Below, piece by piece: positions 7,939 to 15,916 of a stretch of 52,359 bases of DNA. Position numbers and translations under genes: made by a program. Under the pieces are notes generated by a model, which was given only the letters and a program-made list of their open reading frames with translations, was not told the DNA's origin and ran no database searches. The DNA is from Candidatus Magasanikiibacteriota bacterium (GTDB taxonomy: Bacteria; Patescibacteriota; Patescibacteriia; Magasanikbacterales; GWA2-37-8). Numbering within the stretch: position 1 is the stretch's first letter; the number at the start of each line of letters is the position of its first letter. The stretch is taken from assembly GCA_023246725.1 (NCBI GenBank), contig JAHFHV010000002.1, forward strand, positions 1 through 52,359, given 5' to 3'.

Positions 7939-8841
7939 TCAACCAGCGCTCACAGCTGTGATGGTATTAAGGCCGGTGCAACTGCCGCTAACGCCAAAAA
8001 CCGGCGCCACGAGCTTAAAATACATGGTGGCACCGGCGCTGGCCGCGCTGGTTTGTTTGTTTAGGTTGACAATATTCAAAGTCGGTGTGGCGGTAAGGCT
8101 AGTCATGACGGAAAAGTCCTGCCCGGGCGAAAAGGCATAATGTTGATTGGAGACCGGAATCGCGCCCCGCGCGCAAGCCATGTCCGCGCCAGATGCTTCC
8201 ACGTTCAAGGCCGTATTGCCAGTATTTGTAATGGTAAGAGCAACATCGCTGGTTGAAGTCGTTCCAAGACCAAAGGCGCCATAGCCTAAATCACCGCTTA
8301 AATTAAGGGCGGTCAGCGAGTTCACTTCGGTTGCGACCGTAACACTGCTAGTTGCGCCGCTCATATCAGTCGCCAAAATCCGCGCTTCCCACTGTTCCGC
8401 CCCCCAGGTCCCAATATCGGTTGGATCGGCATAATATTGGAGCGGAATAATACATTCGTAATCTTCCGAATTGGCTTGTTGATTGGTAATCTGGCAACCA
8501 CCCACTACGCGATAACAATTATTATTATCTTCCGGGCAGGCAAAAGTGTTGGCCAGTCCATTGCGATAAAAATCCACTTGCAACTGATCGGCATTAATAT
8601 CGCTCGCTCCATCGGCATCGCTCACGGTGCCATGCACATAAACTAGCGTCGTCGCAAGCTCGCTAAGGTTAATAGCGTCAACTGGCGCGCCATTGGGCGT
8701 GGTCACGCTCATTACGACGCTCCCCACTACTGGCTCGGCGTTCGCCCGGGCCGGCGTTGACATATAGCCTATAAAACCCGCTAACGCCAGGCTTGCCGCC
8801 ATTACAGCATACGCATAAATGAATCGATTTAACCAAACCAT
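7939..8841 (-). CDS. secreted Cys-containing beta-rich surface protein, paralog B
   Basis: It has a signal peptide (..AASLALAGFIGYMSTPARANA) and is a paralog of 6528-7502 (shared motifs listed there). Confidence 0.75.
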   Translation of the reverse strand: MVWLNRFIYAYAVMAASLALAGFIGYMSTPARANAEPVVGSVVMSVTTPNGAPVDAINLSELATTLVYVHGTVSDADGASDINADQLQVDFYRNGLANTFACPEDNNNCYRVVGGCQITNQQANSEDYECIIPLQYYADPTDIGTWGAEQWEARILATDMSGATSSVTVATEVNSLTALNLSGDLGYGAFGLGTTSTSDVALTITNTGNTALNVEASGADMACARGAIPVSNQHYAFSPGQDFSVMTSLTATPTLNIVNLNKQTSAASAGATMYFKLVAPVFGVSGSCTGLNTITAVSAG

Positions 8842-8867
8842 ACGCTACAGTTTAACAATTATCAGGG

Positions 8868-10151
8868 TCAGCTAACTTTACGAGCCGTTCGGACGGATGC
8901 TCGACCGGCTCCCCGGCCGCCGCCGCGCCGGCGGCGGAGTATCAGCCAAACCACCCCGCCCAAACCAACCAAAACCGCCGTACCACCGCCAATCGCCAGT
9001 AGCTTAGCCGTCCGGCTCAGGCCGGGCTCGGCTACCACAAAATCAATTGTTTTCAGTTCCGATTTGCTAACGCCGTATTCTAAATAGGCTTCAGCGCGAT
9101 AATGGCCAGTCTGGTTCAGACGATACGTTATAAGATATTCAGTGCTTTGACCCTTAAACACGCGTTTCGCTTCCGAGCGCAGCAAATCCAGGGTTTTTTC
9201 GCCGGATTTAATTTCCACATACAAAATTGGCTCCACCGCCACCGCCCCGCTGTTTTTTACCTGGGCTTTGAATTTAATTAGCTCGTTGGGCGCAAAGGCC
9301 AGGGCGCTACTCTCAAACAAAGAAAACTCCAAACGCTGGGCTAATGTCCCTGGCGGATGAATGCGAACATACATCTTATCCTTGCTAAAAACCACCCGCT
9401 CGCCATCATAAAACAGGGCTGTCACATTATAATCGCCTTGGGGAATCAATTCTGTTACCAGCGCCTTCAGGGACTGGCGCGCCTGCGGACCAGTATACGC
9501 CAGATCAGCTCCAGAAATAGTTTGATTTATCTCATGCGCTGGGTCAGTCACGTCGGTCAGACGCACGACAATCTTGTCCGGCCGGGCATCCACGTTGCCG
9601 GTATTCTCAAACATAAATGTCAGGAGCAGCGGGACCCCAACTTCAGTTTCTTCCACATAAGCTTGGCTAATTGACCAGGCCTTAATTTGGTTGTCGCTAA
9701 CCGAAAATTTAATTTGGGCAATAACGCCGGTCATAATCCCAACGTTCGCTCCAACCTGCTGCTCTTGGCCTCCCCCGCCGGCGGAGGCCGCCGCCGCGCC
9801 CAAAAGACGCAGGATGGCAGTATGCTGGCCGTTAGCGGCCGACCGCGGCGCCAGAACAAAGGCCACTTCAGCTGTTTTTTGCCCAACGGCCATGGTCACC
9901 GTTGCTTGGGGCAATTCAATATACTGGGCGCCTTCGCCCTCTACGGTGACGCTAAAAACTTGCGCCTCGGACGCGCCCGAACGGCTTAGTTGTATCTTGC
10001 GCTCCCAGCGTGTTCCGTTAATCACATCGGTAAGCACGGTAACGCTGGGCGATACGCCAATCGCCCCGGCCGCGCGCGGCCACAAAAATAGACTTAACAG
10101 TGCGACTATGACGCCGCCGCGAAAACAATTGCTAAAATTTCTAGTCTGCAT
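8868..10151 (-). CDS. surface protein with signal peptide and C-terminal TM anchor plus basic tail (DUF916/NEW3-like architecture)
   Basis: I trimmed the start to the ATG at 10151 (MQTRNF..ALLSLFLWPRAAGA). The mature N terminus is IGVSPSVTVL...ERKIQLSRS. The C terminus is ..LLAIGGGTAVLVGLGGVVWLILRRRRGGG... It is a paralog of 10171-11076. Confidence 0.7.
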   Translation of the reverse strand: MQTRNFSNCFRGGVIVALLSLFLWPRAAGAIGVSPSVTVLTDVINGTRWERKIQLSRSGASEAQVFSVTVEGEGAQYIELPQATVTMAVGQKTAEVAFVLAPRSAANGQHTAILRLLGAAAASAGGGGQEQQVGANVGIMTGVIAQIKFSVSDNQIKAWSISQAYVEETEVGVPLLLTFMFENTGNVDARPDKIVVRLTDVTDPAHEINQTISGADLAYTGPQARQSLKALVTELIPQGDYNVTALFYDGERVVFSKDKMYVRIHPPGTLAQRLEFSLFESSALAFAPNELIKFKAQVKNSGAVAVEPILYVEIKSGEKTLDLLRSEAKRVFKGQSTEYLITYRLNQTGHYRAEAYLEYGVSKSELKTIDFVVAEPGLSRTAKLLAIGGGTAVLVGLGGVVWLILRRRRGGGRGAGRASVRTARKVS

Positions 10152-10170
10152 AGTTAAAATAAAATAAAAA

Positions 10171-11076
10171 TTATAATTTTTTGGCACGGGTGCGGTAATG
10201 CTGGATAGCCGCCGCTGCTAAAACCAGCGCCCCGGCTCCGCCGACCGCAAAAATTAGCCTTAACTTTTTCCCGCCGCCGCGCGCGATCTTCTGCCAAAAC
10301 GGCGGCGCCGGCACAAACTCTCGGGTTAATTCTTTGGCGGCTACCACTTGGTTATGGGATATAAACTGCAGACGCACGAGGTACTGGCCGGCCGGAGCCG
10401 TAAGCGCGACTGGCAGTTTAACCGCTCGATCGTTAAACGGCGCGGTCGCGGTTTCCCGAGCCAACGGCGCCACATAATGATAAGCCACAGCGGGGGCGGT
10501 CTGATCAATAAAATCAATCCCCAGCTGATCGATGCCATCAAGGATATTGCCCTGATTATGCAAGCTAAATAAGACGTTAAACTGGCCTCCGGCTTCAGCG
10601 CCTTCCAAAAATATATTGTCAATTAAAAGCTGTCGCCTTTCTTCCGCCACCACCGTAAAGGCAAGCGACACCGCCAAGCTAAACGATAAACCAACTTCGT
10701 TCACGTCTCCAGCCGTTTTGCTGGGCTCAGCCGTTGGGCGCACCGCCACTTGGGCCTGATATTTGCCCACTACCCCGGTGGGGGGCGCGATCGTAAGCGT
10801 CAGGGGGGCGCTCCTGTGCCCAACTGGTAAAAAAACTCTCGGGGGGGCCGTTACCCAAACCGCTCCCGCCCCCTCCACCGCAATGTCATAATATTCCGCC
10901 AGCTCGGTCCGCGACCGTGAAACCGTGATCGTCCGCTCAATCTGGCTGCCGCTTTTAACCCCAATTAATGTAACCTGCCCGGGCGTTAGCCCCAAAGCCA
11001 AAGTTGGCGCCGCGCTCATAATGAAAAATAAAAAACTCCCCCCCGCGCCAAGGCTCCAAATTAAAAATTTATTCAT
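10171..11076 (-). CDS. surface protein with signal peptide and C-terminal TM anchor, paralog of 8868-10151
   Basis: It has a signal peptide (..MSAAPTLALG), the mature N terminus LTPGQVTLIGV...ERTITVSRS, and a C-terminal TM (FAVGGAGALVLAAAAI) plus the tail RTRAKKL. The ATG lies 7 nt after a TATACT -10. Confidence 0.7.
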   Translation of the reverse strand: MNKFLIWSLGAGGSFLFFIMSAAPTLALGLTPGQVTLIGVKSGSQIERTITVSRSRTELAEYYDIAVEGAGAVWVTAPPRVFLPVGHRSAPLTLTIAPPTGVVGKYQAQVAVRPTAEPSKTAGDVNEVGLSFSLAVSLAFTVVAEERRQLLIDNIFLEGAEAGGQFNVLFSLHNQGNILDGIDQLGIDFIDQTAPAVAYHYVAPLARETATAPFNDRAVKLPVALTAPAGQYLVRLQFISHNQVVAAKELTREFVPAPPFWQKIARGGGKKLRLIFAVGGAGALVLAAAAIQHYRTRAKKL

Positions 11077-11083
11077 ATAGATT

Positions 11084-11092
11084 AGTATACCA
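11084..11092 (-). promoter_or_regulatory. extended -10 promoter element (TGGTATACT); predicted leaderless start of the surface operon
   Basis: The minus strand reads TGGTATACT-aatctat-ATG (ATG at 11076). The 7-nt gap equals the usual -10 to TSS distance. Confidence 0.45.
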
Positions 11093-11247
11093 CATTTCTT
11101 TCACCGACGCGAGAAAGTTATCCGCCCCATTGTTTTCTTTTCGCCAACCTGCTACACTAATTTAACGCCCGCTTAATTTTTTTTAGATTGTAAAAAAATT
11201 GAAAAAGATGACAACTATTAATGTGTTTTTCTACAGTCTCAAGCTAT

Positions 11248-12246
11248 ATGGCTAATCATCCCAGCCGGTTTAATCGCCAGCGCACGCTAATTCTCATTAT
11301 CTGCGGCACTTTAATTAGCCTTAACCTGGCGCTCGCGGCCGTGGTATGGCGCCTGCGCCCCTGGAATTTTTTGCGAGTGGCTAATATTCCGCTCGCGGAA
11401 CAGCGCCAAAGTGAAAAAAACAGTCTGTTGGTGGTAACCTTACCTCCAGCCAACAGCCGCGCCGAACTTGGCTTAATGATTTTCCGGCCCATGGACGGCC
11501 GCGCGGAAACTTTGACCGGAACCTGGCAATTTGTCTGGCTCCAGCCGAGTATTCTCGCGCTCTTTGGATCTTTCCCCAATCAGTCCGGGGTACAGCGCCT
11601 CTACTTAGTAACCGCTAAGGGCAGCGTGGCCCTTGATATTTCGCGGCTCCCTGGCGCCATTGGCAACATCCGGCCGAATAAAAACGGATCTTTAATGATT
11701 GTGGATGGACGGAGAAATCAACCCCGCCCGGGCAAAAAATTCTACTCCTGCGTTCTGACTGATTTAAAAAAAGGGCTGTGTCGGGAAGCCAAGGAACTTA
11801 TCCCGGCCAAGAATTATCATTCCGACGCCAGCTACGCGCTTGAGTGGAACCCCGGCGCTGACTCCGAACTGATTATTACTGAATCCTCCGCCTCGCCCCA
11901 ACGGTTTGTCTATCACTTGTCGGACAGGCTGGCTACGCCCACCACTTCGCTGGCAAAAACTGCGACCACGACCGGCCCCAACTGGGCTCTGCCACAAACG
12001 CGCTATGCGATTAAACGTTACGCCTGGGTGACTGTTATTCACGATCGGCGTTTTAACCAGAAACATTATTTTATTTTACCGCCAACGGCTCGGCTCATCT
12101 GGGTAGGGCAAAAAACTCTGCTCGTAATTAATTGGCCCGACAGCTATCTGTTAAATATCTTCGCCCGGGAAAAAAGCCGCCTGCCGCCATGGCCGCCCAG
12201 TGCCAGGGCCGCGGCTACGTACTATGGGACATTGCCGCTTGACTAG
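11248..12246 (+). CDS. hypothetical membrane-anchored protein
   Basis: I trimmed the start to MANHPSRF.. (ORF-track start 11221). It has a single N-terminal TM (LILIICGTLISLNLALAAVVW) and no recognisable domain. Confidence 0.55.
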   Translation: MANHPSRFNRQRTLILIICGTLISLNLALAAVVWRLRPWNFLRVANIPLAEQRQSEKNSLLVVTLPPANSRAELGLMIFRPMDGRAETLTGTWQFVWLQPSILALFGSFPNQSGVQRLYLVTAKGSVALDISRLPGAIGNIRPNKNGSLMIVDGRRNQPRPGKKFYSCVLTDLKKGLCREAKELIPAKNYHSDASYALEWNPGADSELIITESSASPQRFVYHLSDRLATPTTSLAKTATTTGPNWALPQTRYAIKRYAWVTVIHDRRFNQKHYFILPPTARLIWVGQKTLLVINWPDSYLLNIFAREKSRLPPWPPSARAAATYYGTLPLD

Positions 12247-12607
12247 GCGGCGCGGCCAGCCGCTTAGCGCAGGCTACCACCGCTTCAAGCGGTGTGTTCG
12301 CTTTAATAAGATAAACGTGGGCGCCCAAGCTTTTGGCGTGAGCCATATCTTCCGGCTGGCCTAAATTAGACAGCACCGCCACCGGGGTACGCCGATCGCT
12401 CCGGCGGAATTGGTGGAGAAACGCGAACCCATCCATTTCCGGCATCAAAAGATCGAGCAGCACCACATCAAAAGCTTGGCCTGCCAAAATTCGCAGAGCT
12501 TCCTTGCCGTTATTCGCGCCGACCACTGTAAATCCCGCCTGGCGCAATTTGGCGGCCAACGCCTTAGCTAACGAATCTTCATCTTCCACTAATAAAATTT
12601 TAGGCAT
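12215..12607 (-). CDS. receiver-only response regulator (CheY-like)
   Basis: The product reads MPKILLVEDEDS...DVVLLDLLMPEMDG...YLIKA. The start is the ATG at 12607 (ORF-track 12652). There is no output domain. Confidence 0.8.
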   Translation of the reverse strand: MPKILLVEDEDSLAKALAAKLRQAGFTVVGANNGKEALRILAGQAFDVVLLDLLMPEMDGFAFLHQFRRSDRRTPVAVLSNLGQPEDMAHAKSLGAHVYLIKANTPLEAVVACAKRLAAPPSQAAMSHST

Positions 12608-12630
12608 AAATTTAAAAAAATTATTATAAA

Positions 12631-13215
12631 CTAGCTTCCCTGCCGCCACCACATCGCCTGGCCCACAATATACTCGCGGCTAACCGGCCCAAAATCGCGC
12701 GAATCGGTGCTGTGTTCGCGGTTATCGCCCAGCACAAAATATTGCCCGGGGAAAAGACGGAACTTCCGCGGTCCTGCTTGATTAACTATTTTGGTATAAA
12801 CAACAGTTGGTAGATAAGGCTCAATGATCTGGCGCTCCTGCCCCATATCCGGCGCTTGCACAAAAACTTTGCCGCGCTTAATTATAATGGTTTCGCCGGG
12901 AAGGCCCACCACTCTTTTGAGCATCACTTTGTCGCTCCCCGGCACCACCACCTGAACAATGTCGTGCCGCGCCGGCCGCCTGTAAAGATATCCCAGCCGG
13001 TTTACCACAAACAGCTGGTTATCAATAAAAGTCGGCTCCATTGATTGCCCGTCCACCTGGCCAACGTCCACAACCAAAAAACGCGTCGCGAGAATGAAAA
13101 AAATAAACACGCCTAACATGGTCGCCACCCGCCACAAATAACGCTCAAACAACAAGCGTAGGTGAGCCATCAGGTTCTGGAAAAATGTCAATGAAGTGAT
13201 GTCGTGGGCTGGCAC
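12631..13215 (-). CDS. lepB: signal peptidase I
   Basis: S26A motifs are present: VDGQSMEPT, MLKRVVGLPGE and GDNREHSTDSRDFGPV. It has an N-terminal TM. The start is uncertain (GTG at 13215 or ATG at 13170). Confidence 0.85.
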   Translation of the reverse strand: MPAHDITSLTFFQNLMAHLRLLFERYLWRVATMLGVFIFFILATRFLVVDVGQVDGQSMEPTFIDNQLFVVNRLGYLYRRPARHDIVQVVVPGSDKVMLKRVVGLPGETIIIKRGKVFVQAPDMGQERQIIEPYLPTVVYTKIVNQAGPRKFRLFPGQYFVLGDNREHSTDSRDFGPVSREYIVGQAMWWRQGS

Positions 13216-13257
13216 AAAATTAAAAAATAAGGTATGCTATCCGTGTAAATTTTTAGT

Positions 13258-13605
13258 ATGCGCATTAATTTTTTCTTCGGTCTGGCGGCGCTTGGTAATT
13301 ATATCAAAATTTATCTGGATAGTCTCCTCCATAATCAGACGCTCATCGGCTTTGCCGGCGGCGTGGTTATGAGTTGCCTGATTACCGGATTTGTTTTAAC
13401 CAAAGACCCGCGCCACCTGCCGCTCATGCTTCGTTATTCTGGCGCGGAAAGCTTCCAGCGCATCCACGCTCGTAATCCTCAAGGCAGCTATACCAAACCC
13501 TATATTGAATTTCTCAATCTCTACACGCAGGTCCGCCTGCTCGCGCTTGTCGCCATCATTGCTTTTTTTGTGATGATCGGCACGGTGGTGGTTTTAACCA
13601 AATAG
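13258..13605 (+). CDS. hypothetical two-TM membrane protein
   Basis: A 115-aa ORF with two hydrophobic segments and no recognisable motifs. Confidence 0.45.
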   Translation: MRINFFFGLAALGNYIKIYLDSLLHNQTLIGFAGGVVMSCLITGFVLTKDPRHLPLMLRYSGAESFQRIHARNPQGSYTKPYIEFLNLYTQVRLLALVAIIAFFVMIGTVVVLTK

Positions 13606-13612
13606 ACTTTGC

Positions 13613-14560
13613 TTAACGAAAATAGCCCACGATTGTGTTGGCGAGAGAGCGGATTGCTGATACGGCCGCGGCCGCTACCTGCTCGGAAGTGGCGCTAATA
13701 ACTGCCGCCGCCCCTTGAGTAAATACCGCCACGCTGGCCACCGCGCGCCCGGCGCTACGGGCCACCAAGACTACTGTTTGCTGGCTAACGCGCGCCACCT
13801 GCCCATAAGTCGCTGTTACCGCGGCCAGGGCAGTTTGGGCCGCCACCACCACCGCCTCCCCGCCGTTTGCCGCAATGGTTTGAAATGCCGCCACTACCTG
13901 TTGCCCGGCGGCGCCGGCTGTTTCCAGCGCTTGGCTAACCGCTCCGCCAATATTGGCGGTGGCGGCCGCCACTGCCGCTCCGAGTGACCCTGATTCTACT
14001 GTTAATTCACTATTGGTTTGGCTAGAAGCTAGGGGCACAGCCTCGCTCTCGCTGTCTCCGGTCTGGTCTTCTAGAGAATGTTCATCGGCCGCCTCGTCCT
14101 TAATTGCCAAATCGCTGTTCGGCTGGCCAACTTCTTTTTCAAAATTATGTTCCGCCGCGCCATTGTTTTCCACGTCCGGCGTGGCCGCTTGTTCTGAAGT
14201 CGCCGCTTGTTCTGATTCAGAGATCACCGCAGGAACAAACTCGCCGCTCGCCGCGTCATGAGCCTGGCTCGCCTCAACCGAATCAGCTGTGTCAGGGCTG
14301 GTTTCAGAAGGCGGCGCTGTTGTCTGCCAATCATTTCCGCCCCCGCCGCCAGTACTGCCGCCCCGAGCGTAGTCGAGGGGCGGGCAATCTTCCCGGCACT
14401 CCGCCGGCTCCTCAAAGGACTCGCAGCGGCCATTGTGGTTACAAGCAATAATGGTGACCGAAGTTTTAATGTATGCCAAACCGCGAGCCGGCCACATAAG
14501 GCTGATCGCAACAATCACGCTGAGCGCGCGGCGAAACAAAAAAAATAAACGTCTGGGCAT
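13613..14560 (-). CDS. secreted protein: Cys-rich N-terminal module, acidic low-complexity linker, Ala-rich C-terminal region
   Basis: It has a signal peptide (..ISLMWPARGLA), then CNHNGRCESFEEPAECREDCPP, a D/E/S/T-rich region with the short duplication SEQAATSEQAAT, and an Ala/Val/Gln-rich tail. Confidence 0.6.
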   Translation of the reverse strand: MPRRLFFLFRRALSVIVAISLMWPARGLAYIKTSVTIIACNHNGRCESFEEPAECREDCPPLDYARGGSTGGGGGNDWQTTAPPSETSPDTADSVEASQAHDAASGEFVPAVISESEQAATSEQAATPDVENNGAAEHNFEKEVGQPNSDLAIKDEAADEHSLEDQTGDSESEAVPLASSQTNSELTVESGSLGAAVAAATANIGGAVSQALETAGAAGQQVVAAFQTIAANGGEAVVVAAQTALAAVTATYGQVARVSQQTVVLVARSAGRAVASVAVFTQGAAAVISATSEQVAAAAVSAIRSLANTIVGYFR

Positions 14561-14584
14561 GGTAAATTTACCAATACAAATAAG

Positions 14585-15916
14585 CTAGACTTTAAAGATG
14601 GTTGCCCACCAACGGCGCCACCACGGGGCGCCGCTTGGCGAACGACGCGCGGCTGACTGACCGGACGGAATGTCAACAGACCCGGCGGCAAAAACATAAT
14701 TATCCGCGTGATCAAAAACCTGGGCAAAAATGTTATGCGGTCCGTAAATATTAGCCGGAAGCCTAACGGACAGCTGGCCGGAGCTGACCACTGCCGGCAG
14801 GGAAACATAATCGCCATTATCCACTTTGACTGTCACATGATCAACCCCGGAAATCGCGTCTGATGCCGCCAGCGTTAAGACTGGCCAAGAGCCGTTCCTG
14901 CCTGGATTAGTCGCGGCTACGATCGTAGACGCGCGCGGGGCCTCGGTATCAATATGCAAAGCAAAATGAGTGCTGTCGCTCCAGCCGCGGCCAGTCTTAA
15001 ATTGACTGTGGAAATACCAAACGCCATTGCTCAAATTCTTAAATCGTTTAAAGCGGATTGGGGGAATAGACACCGTAGTTGGTTCTGAATCCGGATTTTG
15101 ATTCAAAGACCAGCGGACCGCTGTCACGTTCGGAGGCAAGGGCCAGGCAATATCCACATCCGGCGCGTTGTACCAGGCGCTCTGGTCAGGATGAGTGAAC
15201 GAACTCACGCCATCAGGCTCTTCGTTCGGGTTGACAAATTCAGCGATCCCCAAACGAGGTGAGGCGCTCGAGGCGCGTCCAGCCTGGCTCAAGGCCCCTG
15301 GATTGCCTAATTGGAGAGCGGTAACGCCAGGCGCGCTCAAGGGCAACTTGGCGGCGGGCGCAATTGTAAGCGCGGAGTTATCTGTAATTACCGGAAAAAA
15401 CCCGGCCAAACTCCCGCCTTCCACTCCCCCGCCTGGCACTGGCACCGGTGTTGCAATGGAACGGACGCTCGCCGGACGCCAATCAGTCGCCACCGCGCAA
15501 TGCGCGCAGTCAAATGCCAGCGTCCCAATTATGTCTCCGGCCGCATTGCCATGAAAAATTCCAGCGTTGTCAATGGTAACACCGGCAAAATTAATCCAAC
15601 CCAGAGCCGCTCCCCAGGCGTAGCCAGACAGAACCCCGGCGCCATTGTTGATAACCCCGCCAGTGGCGGGACTCAAATTTAGCCAGCCATAATTGGCGCT
15701 CCAGGCAAAACCAGTCAGGGCGCTGTCGGTGATATGAATATCGCCCTGGCTGACGCCAAAATTAATCCAGCCGCTCTGGTTGCTCCAAGCGTATTGTCCG
15801 CTACTGTCAATGGTGCCATTGGTTGGCGAAGCAACCGCAACCACAGGCGTCAAAAGCGCCGCGCCTGCCAGACACCAAATAAATTTATTGATCGCGCGGA
15901 ACATTGTTTGGTGCAT
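14585..15916 (-). CDS. secreted protein with GW(I/L)NF repeats and C-terminal Ig-like region
   Basis: It has a signal peptide (..LLTPVVAVASP) and the repeats YAWSNQSGWINFG, GFAWSANYGWLNLS and GYAWGAALGWINFAG. The start overlaps the upstream gene by about 30 nt. Confidence 0.7.
   Translation of the reverse strand: MHQTMFRAINKFIWCLAGAALLTPVVAVASPTNGTIDSSGQYAWSNQSGWINFGVSQGDIHITDSALTGFAWSANYGWLNLSPATGGVINNGAGVLSGYAWGAALGWINFAGVTIDNAGIFHGNAAGDIIGTLAFDCAHCAVATDWRPASVRSIATPVPVPGGGVEGGSLAGFFPVITDNSALTIAPAAKLPLSAPGVTALQLGNPGALSQAGRASSASPRLGIAEFVNPNEEPDGVSSFTHPDQSAWYNAPDVDIAWPLPPNVTAVRWSLNQNPDSEPTTVSIPPIRFKRFKNLSNGVWYFHSQFKTGRGWSDSTHFALHIDTEAPRASTIVAATNPGRNGSWPVLTLAASDAISGVDHVTVKVDNGDYVSLPAVVSSGQLSVRLPANIYGPHNIFAQVFDHADNYVFAAGSVDIPSGQSAARRSPSGAPWWRRWWATIFKV

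Noticed and set aside
6528-8841. Diversity-generating retroelement targeting the similar C termini of the two secreted paralogs
   Set aside because: No reverse transcriptase ORF is in the window. The 3' ends of the two genes are similar only at the protein-motif level and not as a TR/VR-type nucleotide repeat.
9357-10167. Plus-strand ORFs opposite the surface-protein genes (9357-9674, 9687-9989, 9691-10167); likewise 13715-14548 and 15195-15682 opposite the fibre operon
   Set aside because: They are antisense shadows of long GC-rich minus-strand genes. They have Arg/Pro/Ala-rich nonsense composition and no start-site signals.
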